Shown here: piece by piece, positions 13,863-28,049 of the stretch
How the letters are laid out: each line of letters begins with the position of its first letter
How positions within the stretch are numbered: the first letter of the stretch is position 1
Origin: Balanoglossus misakiensis
Lineage: Eukaryota > Animalia > Hemichordata
Direction: 5' to 3'
DNA length: 64,000 nt
Assembly: GCA_040954595.2 (NCBI GenBank)
Contig: CM082585.2
Location: forward strand, 5,171,808-5,235,807
Notes under the pieces: generated by a model
What the model was told of the DNA's origin: nothing
The model's database searches: none
What the model saw: the letters and a program-made list of their open reading frames with translations, nothing else
Made by a program: the position numbers and the translations under genes

Positions 13863-16841
13863 CAAGAATGTTTCGGGCAGTGTGTCAGTTTGACCTATTT
13901 TGCCGTCAAAATACTGGTATTTACAAAGTGTATCTGTTTTCTGTCTGCCGTTTACATTTTATAATTACATGCACTAGCCTCCCCCCTTCCCGTCCCCGCT
14001 TCATGTTGATAATATATATTGCACGACATGTGATGCCTTTGTGAGATTAAATATTACTGGAATTGAGTCTGTAGATTTTCAGAAGTCAAAATATTCATGA
14101 TAAGACCCGAAGTCGATTTCCAACGGAATATGGTCCATGTGTCTAACTATAAAATGGGGTTCTAAAAAGATAAATATATTCATGAATCAAACGATTAAAA
14201 CAGTTGCTGGTATTCATTATTTTCTCATCATTTTTGAGTATAGCTGTTCGGGTACCTATTTCACTGCAAATCCTTTTGCATGTAGTTGTGTAAGCATGCG
14301 CGTTGTGTTTGATCTTGACTGCCATGGTAACAATGTATGGTAGCATTTTAAAATGAAATACTGGCTGTAGCCATTCTGAATGACGTCGCGTATGGACCAA
14401 TTTGAATAAAATACCGAGGAAGATTATACTATTTAAGACATATACATGTGGGCGTGACATGCAGTAGTCAGTTTCCCTCCAAAGTTTTTTTTCTCGTCAA
14501 TCTATCAATCGGGGACTGTGTCATTGGCTACTACTTGTTCACACTATTCTGGATTGTATTCATGTTTTAAATTACATTTTCGGGTGAACGACATCTTGCG
14601 CTGATAACCGGTGAGAAAATACGGGGAACTGTGGGCAATGACCGGGAAGCCCAATTGTTCTAAGGGATAACCTAAAGGGAAAAGAGATGCTCATATTTCA
14701 TCTGTGATTCCCAAAAAATTTAATAGGTCACAGAATTCAGGAATTTGGGGCAGTTTCTAGAGAGAAACGAGAGTTCGTTTCTCTCACAAGACCACACTTG
14801 AGTGACAACGATAGTGAACGCGTTGGTGCTTGACAACCTGATATCTCCTCAGACTGAATTCGATGCATGTGTTCCGTGTATGTATATGTTTTCTGCATTT
14901 CTATCTCATACAACTCTCGTTCAATTGTGGTTTTCAAGTCCAAGACAACCTCTTGAAGCTAGATTCGATCCACTGTTTTCCCACGTGGTCGTTGTGCAAA
15001 ACTCATTGAGTGTACCGGTGTTGAACGTGATCTCTGTAGTTACACAGGCTATAACATACGATTATATTTCTGTTTGTGAACCAAGTCTGAACCAAATAGA
15101 CCTCAAATTGAGCAATGCCATGGCGTACTTTCAAGGTTAAAGTGACAACGTCGTTACCTTTTGACGTGTCGGAATGCTTCAGTCGTTTTATATGACAATT
15201 TATATAGCCTTCTGCATAGCATTGTCGTTATAGTATTGCCAATCATGCTTTCCCTACATGCATATGAGATGTACTGTATTTTCCAGAAACTCATGGACGT
15301 ATCCATACATTATGCCATGGAAATATGCCACAGGTTGCGTCCATCCATAGGCTGTGAGTTGGCAACGACCATCAAACACCATATTAAAAAACTACGTCAA
15401 AATTCAGCGACGTTGCCTTACATGGGTAATAATGCTTCTGAAGTCACTTGGTATGTGCGTATTAAAATTCATTGCCGTTTATAGGAGACAGGAATCGAGT
15501 CAGTTTTTACAACTAAACTTTGTCAATAAAACTACAAGCCGCGTGGTATACCATTGTAACCATTGAATCAATAAGGCGATACCATAGCTATAATCAATTA
15601 TTATTTTTATTTACCCGATTTTCATGTTTTTAAACTTTGAAAAGATCACATGACCGAATTTTCCTAAAACTGGTGTTCTGTTACTAAATTACTGGTACGT
15701 ATGATTATCATCCGTTTCGTGTCAGTTCCTCCGTAATCCAAATACAAGGACGTTTAGCTATAGACTGTCTGTCATCAATAGTGTGAAACTGTAAAGAATT
15801 ATGGGTGATTTTACGAATATTATCGGGTAACCATAGATTCAAATTTGAATGGTGTGGGTCGTGTACGTGTTCGTCGTAGAATATGAGTGTAATTTACTAT
15901 TAATTTAACAGTGATTAAACGCCATGGCGGAAATTAGCAGACGATAATATACATGACGATGAGGTGTAAATGGTTTGGCAATATGATATTCGAACTGCGT
16001 CCAAGGGATCGTCATTCACGGGGCGTCTGTGATCCAACCGTCATAGTATCACTGTAGTTGTCTCGTATTTTCACAATCTAACACACGCTGATTAAATCCA
16101 TGCATGTCAGCATACTTCGCATAATTCTCCGGCAGATATGAAATATTAAACGTAATTTCACCCCAAAAAATGGAAAAATGATCTCCCCTCTTCGAAGGTT
16201 ACGCACACAGAGTCGAGTGCTTTCAAGTCAACGGCATGAATATAATGTGCCGTTGGTATCGTATATCTTGATACTGTGTTTTCAATGTTCATATTTAGAC
16301 CTCGCCGATGACCTCATAGTTCCGAAAATAGCACCACCGACACCGAAACACGGTCGGAATTCTGGCAAATTTGTCCCCCCCCCCCGAAATAACTGCCTGT
16401 ATCGACAGCCACGACATTCACTGACACACACGAAGTCCAGTGCCCACTATACGACAGTGAACGTTTTACGATTTAAAACATTAACATAAAAAAGACAGGA
16501 CAATTCTCACGTGTTTTTATGAAAGTTTAAAATTATATCTAATTCCATATCTTCGATCATTCTTATATAAAAGCCGATGCTAATACAATCTTGGTATAGT
16601 TGAGTGTTTTTGTGATTATTCCGTGGTGGTTTACGTTTTACCGACGTGATCTAGATTCCTATTCCTGATGGCTCGAAGTTGTGTTGAAAAACGTATATGC
16701 ATGGATTGTAAACTTTCTGAGCATTTCTACCATAGAAAGCAATATTGCTCGCTTTCAAACTTTAGGCATACTGAGGTAATGTACAGGCAGTATTGCAATA
16801 CAAAAAATGACATGGTCTCAAAGTGAATGCTTTTCACTGGG

Positions 16842-17095
16842 TTAAAGGCGCCAACGATCGTCTTATGCGCATGTGCTCAATTTCGTTTGTACAAACATTA
16901 CGTCCAATCCAGATGTTCTGCAAATTTTGCGTTCAATGCATTCAAATAGTGGATTGCCTTCGCTTCCTTCCATATTTCATGCGCACCGTTTAAGTAGACT
17001 TTAGTTTTGTCCCTTCTTTTCACCCAATTTGCTATTGTTGTAACCAGAGTATCTGATTTGGCACATGCGCATAAGTGACGATGGTTGCCCTTCAA
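16842..17095. mobile_element. TTAA-associated MITE (Kolobok-like termini); related sequence at ~24905-25075 and ~34805-34995
   Basis: TIRs ttaaaggcgccaacgatcgtcttatgcgcatgtgc ... gcacatgcgcataagtgacgatggttgcccttcaa. Internal tccttctttcacccaattt and ttgttgtaaccagagt are shared with 34815-34990. Confidence 0.65.
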
Positions 17096-17838
17096 TTTGA
17101 AATCCAGCCGAGTGTCCCTTGGCGCTAACTGCTATCAAAATTCATGTAATGACACCTTGACATGAAGTAGGTGGTCGCAATGAAACAGAATACCCACATG
17201 GCACGTGGGAAATGGGCAAAATACCAAAAAGTATACATGTAACTATTCACCCGTAGTTTCCAATTTCCCTGCAATTATAAATAAGCGTCCTATTTCCACC
17301 CAAGACTGGCTTAAATCTTGATTGGAGACTAAACAAAGACATTTTCGATAGTTTGCTGTGGTGATATTTTATCATATCTCTCCATAGCTGCAATAATTGT
17401 AGAATTGGTGGGTTGGGTGGGTGGCTGTGGGAACGCTCATTGAGGTCAGCACAGTTTATGACATTGAACATGTTTCTACTCGATAAATGTCAAGCTGGTC
17501 TTGTTATCGGCGTTGCCCAGGAAAGAAATTGGCACAATTGTGTATAGCAGTGCTTAATTAGCTCGATGAAATGCTATAGATGCAATATGGCGTCATTCTA
17601 TTAAAACTAAATTATTTCTAGAAAGGCGCGCGTGCTTGTTGGGTAATTTATGCGGAAGCTATAGGCTTTCAAATCGGCGCATTGGTGAAAGATTATTGTA
17701 AACTGCATGCATGGCAACTTCTTGTAGAAGTCAGAGAAACAAAAAAAGTAGGATAACGAAAGTCCGCGATAGGCTGAATTTATGATGCCAATAATAGACG
17801 TTTCACGCGATAAAATTAAACTGTCCTGCAGGGCTAGA

Positions 17839-19293
17839 CTACTGTGGTAACACAAACGATACAGACGGATCGAGAAGTTGTTCGAGACTTTCGGTTTTTC
17901 TGTAACCTAGAGTGTCCAGCATGTACGGGCAGTCGCCGACATTTTCGATTTTCTGCACAAGACCTAACGACATCTTTTTGCGCCAAAATTGCGCCGTTTC
18001 TTTGGAATTCCGCTTTGTCTGCCAGGCATAGTAAACGTGGTCGCCGTTGGCGTCTTCTTTGGTGTTCTCGTCTATCCACCGCCTGACGTTGTCGTGCAGC
18101 TCCATGCCGAGAAATCTGTAGACTTTTTGAGCGGTGCCGATGGGGTCTTCCGACAGATCTTCGTAACGGACGGCCATGTAGTTTTCTCTTCGGAACCAGT
18201 CGGCGTGTTGACTGACGAGCACATTTCTCAACATGGTGGTGCAATAAATCATGAGCCGCCGCACGAGTTCCTCGTCGAACTGGGACTCGTTCAGTTTCAT
18301 GTTGACCTCGTCCTTTTTGGTCGCTCGCCAGTTACTGATATGTATCGGCATGACCGACGACATAACGCCCCTGGGGTCGCGGATCAGGTTGATGACGCGC
18401 AGATTAACATCCGGGTCACTAAGTAGATGATGGAGAGGATACACGTCGAATAGTCTGATTTCTTTGACGGCCACGTTATTGTAAGAGCGGCAAGATTCAG
18501 CGGCTTTCTCTGGTGTCATGATTTGGCACGTAGCAAAAGTGTTCTCCTTATCGTTCCAGCCCGAACAGTACTTGTCGTTCACCCACGCCGGTACGACGTT
18601 TCTTTTGGCGCGCGGCGGCACCGGATTGTACAACTTGTCCAAGATTCCCCTAGCAACGCCCGTATAATTGCACGTATAAATCCCCTGGAGCAACTCCATG
18701 CCCCTGACTGCCAGCAAGGGATCATAGTCGTTCAAGCCCAGTCCTTTCGGCGGTTCGAAGAAGTACAAAAAATCAGGATGCTGGCGAAACATCTCGCCGA
18801 AGAACGACGAGCCCGTGCGCATGCTTGCCATCACCAGAACATTGAGTCTTGACGTCACGCGCGATGCACTGTTTTTACCTGTTATTACAGGCGCGGGCGG
18901 CGGGACGAATTTCTTTTCTTCTATCTGCTGCTTTAAAGTGTCGTGGCTGTTTATTAAATTTTGCAGAAGTTTGTGCAGTATCTCCATGCTGTCGTCGTGG
19001 TTGTTGCGAATCAACTCGAAAAGTTCCAAGTTGTTTTGCCTGTCGTTCATCATGATGTGTTTTATATTGCGCAGAGTGTTGTTCAGATCGGAGAGATCCT
19101 TGCGCATGCGGCTGGGCTCGGTGACGGGAGACCCGTTCTGGCGATCCGTGCCCGTATACTCACGTTGTTGAGCCGGGTCCGCGATACCACCATCGCGATC
19201 CTCCAGCACAATTTCGCGCACCCATCCAAATATGAGGATGAGGTTGAAGACGACGAGAAACACCAGGATTGCTGTGGTCTGTTGACGACGCAT
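17839..19293 (-). CDS. Golgi carbohydrate 6-O-sulfotransferase (CHST1/CHST3/GlcNAc6ST family), intronless CDS, 484 aa
   Basis: Likely ATG at 19293 (MRRQQTTAILVFLVVFNLILIFGW = type II TM), coiled stem, 5'-PSB MRTGSSFFGE, YFFEP, 3'-PB LIRDPRGVMSS, VRYEDL, and C-terminal W..C..ML..LGY. Confidence 0.92.
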   Translation of the reverse strand: MRRQQTTAILVFLVVFNLILIFGWVREIVLEDRDGGIADPAQQREYTGTDRQNGSPVTEPSRMRKDLSDLNNTLRNIKHIMMNDRQNNLELFELIRNNHDDSMEILHKLLQNLINSHDTLKQQIEEKKFVPPPAPVITGKNSASRVTSRLNVLVMASMRTGSSFFGEMFRQHPDFLYFFEPPKGLGLNDYDPLLAVRGMELLQGIYTCNYTGVARGILDKLYNPVPPRAKRNVVPAWVNDKYCSGWNDKENTFATCQIMTPEKAAESCRSYNNVAVKEIRLFDVYPLHHLLSDPDVNLRVINLIRDPRGVMSSVMPIHISNWRATKKDEVNMKLNESQFDEELVRRLMIYCTTMLRNVLVSQHADWFRRENYMAVRYEDLSEDPIGTAQKVYRFLGMELHDNVRRWIDENTKEDANGDHVYYAWQTKRNSKETAQFWRKKMSLGLVQKIENVGDCPYMLDTLGYRKTESLEQLLDPSVSFVLPQ

Positions 19294-21460
19294 ACTGCAG
19301 GCATTGGCTCCTAGAGAACTCTGTTCAGGTCTTAGCGCAAAGTGGTGTGGCCGCACTTGGTGACGAGTTTTTTTTACTGATGCGGAGAAAGGTAAATGTC
19401 GACGGTCGCACCCCAACCTAACAGGTGCTTAACTGACAGAGACGGACTGAGTCTGCGCAGTTCTGTTAGTTTCGATGATTACAATATGATACAGGTTATC
19501 GTCTTACAAGTTACACGTATACTAATACACTGTATATACAATGACCACGTCACAACCGTGGCACCTCTGTTGGACGGCGTCGATCAAACTCAATCAAGTG
19601 AACTCGCATCTCATAGTTTGAGTATACCTTGGAAAAAAAACATAAATAAAATCCACGAAATCACCAAGAGAATATGGTGGAACAGGAAGCTCCGAATTTA
19701 GTCCAGCTGCCGGTGTTCTGTAAGCAATATGCGGGTAAAATCCGTTATGTACATGTAAACACCATATGGACCAGCGACGGCGTGTGAATTAACACCTGTT
19801 AACCGTTTCTCAGTGTTCATCTGCCTGTCTATGCATGATTACACTGTTCAACTTTCGGCACGACAACAACATACCGTCACCAGCCATGCACGCAGCGTCG
19901 TTTCCGCCTAGCAGTCAGCACGACCACGCAAGCACTTGTGTCCTTGTAACTGTGTAATGGAATGTCCACTGGCGTCGTAGTACGTGGAGGTCCGGTACTG
20001 GCATCGGGTGTAAACTTTACAACATCATGTGCCGATTATTGTAATCTAGCGGGGCTTATAAAACTGTCTATCATTAGAACACATCGTTTGTTTAGCTGGT
20101 GGTGTGTGGCGGTGTATACGTCGACGTACGAACTGTCATGATGTCATTCTATATCTTGAATGTCCAGCGGGTCACTTTACAATGACCCATGTATGCTAAA
20201 GTATTTGCATTCAGCGCCGACACAATAGAATGCATAATGAATGAGTTCCCACTACAACCACTCGACCGTTTCGCCTATGACCAAATTTTGAAAGCGTTGA
20301 CACATCGTTTAGAAACAAACTGGAAAGCGTTCATTTCTGTCAAAGATCACAACTGAAACGGTTTTTAATTCATTTTATCAGCAGAAGCTTACGGTATACT
20401 AGTCATCTAAATATGTCTCTAATCCCCGTTTCTCCGAATGATTATAGTATGCCCGGTTGTCAGTAGACCTGAAGTGACCTCTAAACTCGGACCACTGTTT
20501 AAATATTAACGCAATCACCTAGTACCTGTCGACACGTGCACACCCCAATATTATATGTTATCATTTGACGTAAGGTTATGCATGCAGAGACGTGGTCTGT
20601 TGAGGCTTTGAATTGTACTTTCAGGTCAGCGGTCTTATGTATTGACATAAACTCTTTTAGTATGTTTGTTTTGCAAAGATAAAATTTTTCACTGAAAAGG
20701 TCAATCATATATTGTAATTTTTCCCATGAAAAGAATAATACCAGAACGTCACAGTGGTTTCTTAATTATATGAATGGTCTAATGACAATTATTGACTGAT
20801 CCAAGCCAGGGTTGAATCAAGTTTTATACCCCTGTCGCTTTACTATCAAGACATTCTCATCCGCCAAGAATTGCATTCAATTCGTTGTTTTGTTCATGTC
20901 TGTTGACTGTGTTAAATTCACTGATGATCAACAACTGTACTTACATGTGTTTTCCTTGGGATTTCTAATCTATTCAAAATCTTGTGGCTTGATTCTCTCT
21001 AAGTTAAGTATGCCGTTCATTTCGCTTTTCTTATGAAATTATAAATGGGTTATGTATAATTCTATGCTGCATATATTTGATCAGCATATAGTTGACTCTG
21101 ACAACTACAGGTCTTTTTGTAAAAGATTTTGGCTGTTCTCCGTTATGTTTTCATCTTAATTATCACCTACTTTATTGTTTCTACAGCAATGCGGATCTGA
21201 GGCTAAGCGCAACTGTCTCCAGATATATTGAATAACATAACACATGCTGTTTACTTAGCAGGTTTGGATCGGAATATATGAATTCTGTTGGAAATTATTT
21301 ATGGTTGATGAGATGAGAGCTACGTGCATGCGTGTACTTGTGGTGACCGTGACCCTCTCAGGGTGTAGCCGCTGCAGTGTCCTGAATTCGTCGTCTTAAG
21401 TTACAAGGTCTTCTGACGTCGACCTACATCCTGAAGTACAGGGCGGGGTGCGAGCTATCT

Positions 21461-21830
21461 TTAGGGAGCTTTCAATTACTATATGGAAGGGGTGGGCCGA
21501 ATAAATATGCGGGAGGGGGGTCGGTCAGTCACGAAAAAGGTGACCCCCTGCACGTAGCTAATACGTGAACCTTGTCCTGTATTATGGTAGTAGTATCGAG
21601 CATGAATATATATTAGTATATTAGCGGAAAATGACATCTTGAGCACAGAAATTGATTGTACATGTACTGAAAAACTGTTAATTTTTTTACCATTGGCAGT
21701 ATGCGATATGACTACCCATTTTCAAATCTCCAATTCTAAAACGTCCCTGTCCCAGGACAGCTGCGTAAAATGTTACCCTTTCCCCGATTCCTCCGACCCA
21801 CCCCCTCTTTACAAATGACAACTCCCTTAA
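21461..21830. mobile_element. MITE-like element
   Basis: Ends ttagggagctttcaatt ... aaatgacaactcccttaa with an internal G-rich/C-rich mirror. Confidence 0.45.
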
Positions 21831-22244
21831 CTCGGTTTATCAGTTTTACCTTGAGCGTGTACATGTACTTGTTTGCCGGTGGTCAAGTAGTTGTTAATCA
21901 TCTTGTCACATTCTTATAATCATTTCGCCTCGCCAACAAAGGGGTTAGCTGTTTGTCCTGTTTACGACTTACTTAAGTAGGACTCTTATCGTCCACTATA
22001 GCGTACGTCACGGAACATAAAAAAGGCAAAGTGTATAGGCCTATAGCCCAGGGCTTAGACCAAAGTGTCTCCACTTATGGGTTTGACAGCGAATGACTGG
22101 GACATACGTCAACCATTGTTAAACGGAAATGAACACTGGATGCAAAATGTAAGTGTCCTCGTGTGTAAATAAAAATATAATGCAAATCTCAAAACAATGA
22201 CATACAGTGCTTTGACTTCTAATAAACAGGTTAGCCACATATGT

Positions 22245-22403
22245 GAATGAATGAAAGAATGAATGGATGAATGAATGAATGAATGAATGAATGAATGAAT
22301 GAATGAATGAATGGATGCATGCATGCATGCATGCATGAATGAATGAATGAATGAATGAATGAATGAATGAATGAATGGATGAATGAATGAATGAATGAAT
22401 GAA
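22245..22403. repeat. (TGAA)n/(TGCA)n microsatellite
   Basis: Directly visible. Confidence 0.95.
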
Positions 22404-23398
22404 TCTATTTGTTAATTACTAATACGATATTTTTCTGTGAAATGTGGTCGTTATCAGTGCGCGCAGTGATGATGGCGGCGGTGTTGGTGGTGGTGAAGAC
22501 AATGGTCTGGACTACATATTAAGCATGCAACTAGGCAACTAGTCTGGTCCCCTGCCCCAATCCAACCGCTGGCTGCGCTACGCTAGAGGCTGTGTGCGTG
22601 GTCAAGGAAGTGCTCGATGATTTGAAACTTCTGCCACTAGGGGCGCTGTTATTTTGAACGGAAGTCTGGGTCATACATCAGCATACATAGACGTTGAATC
22701 GGTAAGGGGTGGATCATTTGAAGTGAAGGGAGGAGGGGGGTCTGATACATTTTTGCACAAGAAAACAGGATCTAAGCAATTATCAATAAAAAAATTCAGC
22801 CAGAAAAGGCTTGAAAAATAAAAAAAGATTTGGTGAAAGAAAAAAAAATATTCCATCAAAAATTACTTTCTGGAACACATTTATTCATTTTCCTTGAGCA
22901 AACTTTTGGTGACTCAGAAATAACATTCACAGAAAGAACTTTCCATTAATATATATAGGTCTTTGGTTGTAAAAATATAGTTTGACCAAGAAACTTGCAA
23001 TAAAAACATGTTGTAACCCTCATTTAATATTGGAATATGCACATTTGTGCGTCATGGAAGTTGTCAAACTGTGATTGTCAAATAATTTTATATCAGAGAG
23101 TGTGATTTTTATATAATCAGCGCTAACAAATGCATTTTTGTCCTTTAATATAGAGAAGTTCACCAGTGTACAAGGCCAAGGCAATTAGAGTAATCCACTG
23201 TTCAACCAATCAGATTGCTCAAGGCAATTGGCGAAATCCCATGTTTAACCAATCAGATTGTTCCACACAATCAGCTAGAGTAATCCACAGTTCAACCAAT
23301 CAGATGTCATATTTTGTCGAATGGAGTAAGTTCTGCTCACTGGCACAGGGACCAGCCCGGCCATGTTGTCTGCGATTGGCATCGATGCTTGTCACCCT

Positions 23399-23608
23399 TC
23401 AAACTACATCTTCATCCTGGGAGTCAGGATCATCTTGGGATGTCAGCCTTTGCAACTCCTCTGCTTCAACCTAAATGAAAGAAAACAAAAATTATATATT
23501 CTAAATGCAAATTTATGCTGGCTGTGTGTATATGTGTGTATGTATGTATGGTATGTATGTTATGTTATGGTATGTATGTATGTATGTATGTATGTATGTA
23601 TGTATGTA

Positions 23609-23641
<33 letters not shown>

Positions 23642-26600
23642 TATGTATGTGTGTATGTATGTATGTGTGTGTGTATGTACATGTATGTATGTATGTATGT
23701 ATGTGAGTGTGTATGTGTGTATATATGTATGTATGTGTGTGTGTGTGCGTGTGGGAGTAATGGAGTGCTGCACAATCTATGTGTAAGATTTGACAGCATC
23801 CATGGTGCACTATGGTGGTGTAACAGTTCAAGGGACAATAGCTGTAACTTTTGCTTTATTTACAGTATTTTTTCTGTGTATCAAATGCTATTTCTTGCTC
23901 TACTGAAACAACATATATCACTCCCTGTATATTGTATCGAGGTCCAACTTTACCACAGAAAACAATGGAGTTGGACCAAACCATGGCGACGAAAAGATGA
24001 AATGAACTTTGTAGGCCCTTTAAAGTCACATGACTGTCACATGACTATCACATGACACTTACAGGTCCGTTTCTTCTCTGCCTGGTCTTGTTACAGTTAC
24101 TCTCTGCTGTAGTAGATTCATCCTTCGGTTTGCTGCCGTTGTACACAAAAATGGAGAGCAAGACGATGGGCGCTTGTAGAAAGAAGTTAAGAGTAGGCCG
24201 GAAATCCAGAAACGCTACTGACAAGGTGATGACGATGACAGTTGCCGTTGACGATGACATAATGTGAAACATGTTGTCTCTGAACTTGAGCATCAGCGCT
24301 ATCGTCAAACCGAAAAACGAGGTGATGAATATCAGGAGCACTGTGAAGATATTGTAGCCGTAAAAGAGTCCGCAGTGCAAGATTCTAGTCCGGTACTTCT
24401 CGTGGATGAGAAGACCCAAGGAGTTGAAAAGCACTCCGAACATGTAGAGTTTGCTGTTCTGTATGTAAATGCTCTCTTCCATCCCCTTGCCTTCTTTGAA
24501 GATTTTCTCGTTGTAAACGTTCGCGGTGGACGACACCAGGCACTGCAGGAGAACCAGAAGGTGACCGTTTGTGAATTTGAAAACATTGTCTGAGTCTTCT
24601 TTCTCTGGAGGTGTCTGTTCATCCCCACCAGCCGAGCTTTGCGTTTTCTGCGGTGAGCACGCAATGTGGTGGGCGTCTGCCGGAGAGACAGTGGAAAGCA
24701 CATGGTCCACGTTGTGCTCTTTGTATTGGTGCACTTGGCTGTCGGTCAGACTTGACAGGGACACTAACGACAGGAAGAGAACCAGCAAAATGGCCCACTG
24801 CACAGAGCTGAACTTCCTCCTACAAACAGAAAGAAAAATTTACAGATAGTACACATAAACCTTAAAGGGGTTTTCTGTAATACCTAACGATTTGTAGTAA
24901 ACAGTACAAGGGCCACTATCATCTTATGTGCATAAGCCAAACCAGAGACAACAACTGTATACAGTTACAACAATTGTATACATTCAATGTCATAAGGCAG
25001 TGTGCTGTCCTAACAACAGACAAGATGGCAGCGACCATAGTCAGTGATGGGAGATCAGCAAAAGCCCGGGCATTTTGGCTATTTTCATACACGATCATTC
25101 AAAAATTTGCTTTATTTTATTTTGGACAAATGACCTGCCTTGATAGGAGAGAAAGCATACAAAATGTCAATGTACGAAAGACAAACTGATTATGAGTACA
25201 CATACCTTAGGACGATTCGGAAAAGAACTGAAGTTGTAATGACAACAAAATTTGACAACAACACAGCCACTGCCTACAAACCAGAACAGAGTAAAACGTG
25301 TTAACTGAGTCGGCTACAAAATGATCATCATGTTTGGAGGAATTGCTTGGAAGGGATGCCTAAAGGGACAGAGTCTCTCTCTCATTGCCCTTTTTCCATT
25401 AATTATGTTTGATACAAGACACTGTTTATGTTATTCTACATGTGGATATATATTGAATCAATGTTCGACCACACACAACTTCCATCCCACTTGTAGACAC
25501 GAGAGTGAAAAACTCGCCAAATGAATAATCGGTGTTTACTATTTATTCATTTTAGTGAGACTTTTACTCTCATATCCTACAAACAGGATGGAAGTTGTGT
25601 GTGGTCGAACGTTGATTCACTATGCGCATCCACATCTCAGCGGCAATGCTGGACTTTCGTACAGAGAAATGATGCAGGGGAGGGGTGGGGGTGGGGGATG
25701 ACGAAAGACAGGACAACCTGTGCAGCAGGTGAGGTGCCATTGTTACTGGTACATGTACTTACTGGACCAAAAGTTGCAATGGTGTAGAACTGGATCAGAT
25801 TGTCGATAAAATAAAGAAGTCCCGGCACGGCCCATTTCAACAATCTACAGAAGTCCCGTAATGACCAAGAAAATACTTCTCCAAAAGATTTTCCTTCTGA
25901 TAGTAAAGTAAAGAAAGGATGCATAGGTTGGAATACTTGTACAGTAACAAGTCTAAACTGAATCCTGTCTAATCTGGAAACCTGTCTATACTGAACACCT
26001 TTTCCAGTCATTTTTTACATAGAAACAAAGATGAAAAGAATGTCTGGAAGTGTAAACTGAACACTTCTAAAAATTGAACAACTTCGTTGGTCCTTTTGTT
26101 GTCAGCCTTAGACTGTTTACACTAAACAGCATATGTAACATTTTGGGATGATTTTTATTTTTGAATGATATGGTATATTTAACATCAGAGAGGCAAGTCT
26201 TTATCATAACAATTGATTATATTGTTATGCAAATTAGCCGATACTGTATCAGAAATTTCCAGGGAGAACACTGGAGCTTACCTTTGATCAACAGTCTCAA
26301 AGCAAGTGTACCACACAGTATCAACTTCACAAGCTCAGCAAAGAAGTTGACTGTTACTGGCAGGTAACTGTACAGGTTATCTGAAATGAACAAGTCATTG
26401 TCAATGACACATTCCCCGCTGGATATCAATATATTATAAAAAAAAATATCATGGTACAGTGAAATCGGTCAAGGTACATGTGTAAAATTTAAATAGTTTT
26501 GACAACATTTCTAACTACTTTACCACTTATCAGTCGAAAAATGTTTGAAATACACATCCATATACAACTACATTTCCCTTTAAAGACAGAGGCTTAACCA

Positions 26601-26682
26601 TTTCATCTCCGGTCCTATCTATAGAAGTCCAACTTTGCAACGTAATTGAAATAACAAGACATTGGTTGAGTTCCTCGATTTT

Positions 26683-26757
<75 letters not shown>

Positions 26758-27041
26758 GACAACAACAACAGAAGCAGCAGCAGTAGTACAAATGTAGTCT
26801 GAGCAACCAACAATCACTCAGGTCAAGCAGATATTTGTGTACCACTATCTTCTGGCAGTTGCACACAGAAGATGAGAGCAGAAGTTAGCAACTGACCTTC
26901 GTTTGACGACAGTCTCATCACCAGAATTCTGGACGTGGCCAGAGTGACATAGACACCACCAAGTAGAATCGTTGTCCATACTGCAGTGTCAGTCAGACAG
27001 TTGGTCAGCTGTTTCAGTTTCTTCTGACACCAAGTCTTCAT
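23399..27041 (-). CDS. SLC35A5: Nucleotide-sugar transporter SLC35A5 ortholog, 424 aa
   Basis: Six exons join in frame: 27041-26897, 26380-26282, 25896-25763, 25273-25206, 24819-24063, 23470-23399 (1275 nt). Motifs YSYLPVTVNFFAELVKL, LKWAVPGLLYFIDNL, SNFVVITTSVLFRIVL, ANVYNEKIFKEG..ESIYIQNSKLY, LKFRDNMFH, FFLQAP, and acidic tail ELQRLTSQDDPDSQDED. Confidence 0.9.
23523..23752. repeat. (TATG)n/(TG)n microsatellite in SLC35A5 intron
   Basis: Directly visible; explains the spurious CVCMY/HTYI ORFs. Confidence 0.95.
25361..25636. mobile_element. Truncated copy of the palindromic MITE at 33184-33548
   Basis: Near-identical blocks aattatgtttgatacaaga..tttatgttattctaca.. and ggatggaagttgtgtgtggt.gaacgttgattcactat. 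Confidence 0.85.
26683..26756. repeat. (CAT)n trinucleotide repeat, ~25 units, intronic
   Basis: Directly visible; gives spurious poly-D and poly-M ORFs. Confidence 0.97.
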
Positions 27042-28049
27042 TGCTTCGGGACAAAAGTGTTGTTCTACAGTGTGCGGAAAAAAGAAACAGAGATGCAGAG
27101 ATGCACGCTAGACTCACACATTGTCACAACACAAAATATCATGCATTTATATCTGCATCAGTTCTCTGTTAATCTCACACGTACATTGGACAGTCGCGAG
27201 CTGTGGGTTGTCAGTGTCAGATATAAATCGTCGCTACACAAAGCCCCGGGTCGGTGATACAAGCATCACACTTCACAGGACTTTCGCGGGGCGACGATTT
27301 GCAGCTTGTGCAGGGCTGACATGCATGTGTGTTACGTGGCAGCCGGTACCAGTACTGCAGTCTGATGGAAACATTGTTGACGCAGGTTGATGAACGAAAA
27401 CATTGCATTACACGGTTCAATGACCAACCTTTTACTACGTATCTGGGTTAAACAACATGGCTACCTGGCCCAGTCATCATATCCTTTATCCATTAACGTT
27501 GCTGATCACTGAATGTTGTGTTTTAGGACATTTATACGACCGGTCCTTAGGACTGTGTACAATGTATCTCTTGACCTCGTCTTGGAGGTCAAAGGTCAAA
27601 CATGGCGCCCTCTAGAGGCTAACCTGTAAAATCGCACTCTGCGTGCGCCCCCAGCTCGCTCTTGATGCATTTTCAGTGCTACATGAAACCATGGAGGTAC
27701 TCTATGATGAAACTGTGAAATTTGAAAGAATCAAATCATTCCTGCTACCAAATTACCCCGTAAATCACACCATCTCAGTGCCAAGGGTTTACGCGTTGCG
27801 CGTCTCTCGGTATCACACGTGTGATGAATATTGACTTTTGATTGGTGGATTCTGAAGAGAAGACGCGTCGAGGTCAAGTTAAGTAAGGACAGTTACCGTG
27901 ACCTCGAATGACCCAGCACGGTGCATGCAATGCACGCAACGCAGTAAGGAAATGTACACGTAGAAACGAGTCAGTGTGCTCAGACAGACATCGTCACCAA
28001 CGAGAAAAGAACATTTACATTGCCGAGCATTTCGACTCGACACGGACTC

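Noticed and set aside
17844-19314. Several + strand ORFs over the sulfotransferase
   Set aside because: Antisense shadows of a GC-rich CDS.
23363-24055. 230-aa Cys/Met/Tyr-rich ORF and its His/Thr-rich antisense ORFs
   Set aside because: Translation of a (TATG)n/(TG)n microsatellite in an SLC35A5 intron.
26530-26817. Poly-Asp and poly-Met ORFs
   Set aside because: Intronic (CAT)n repeat.
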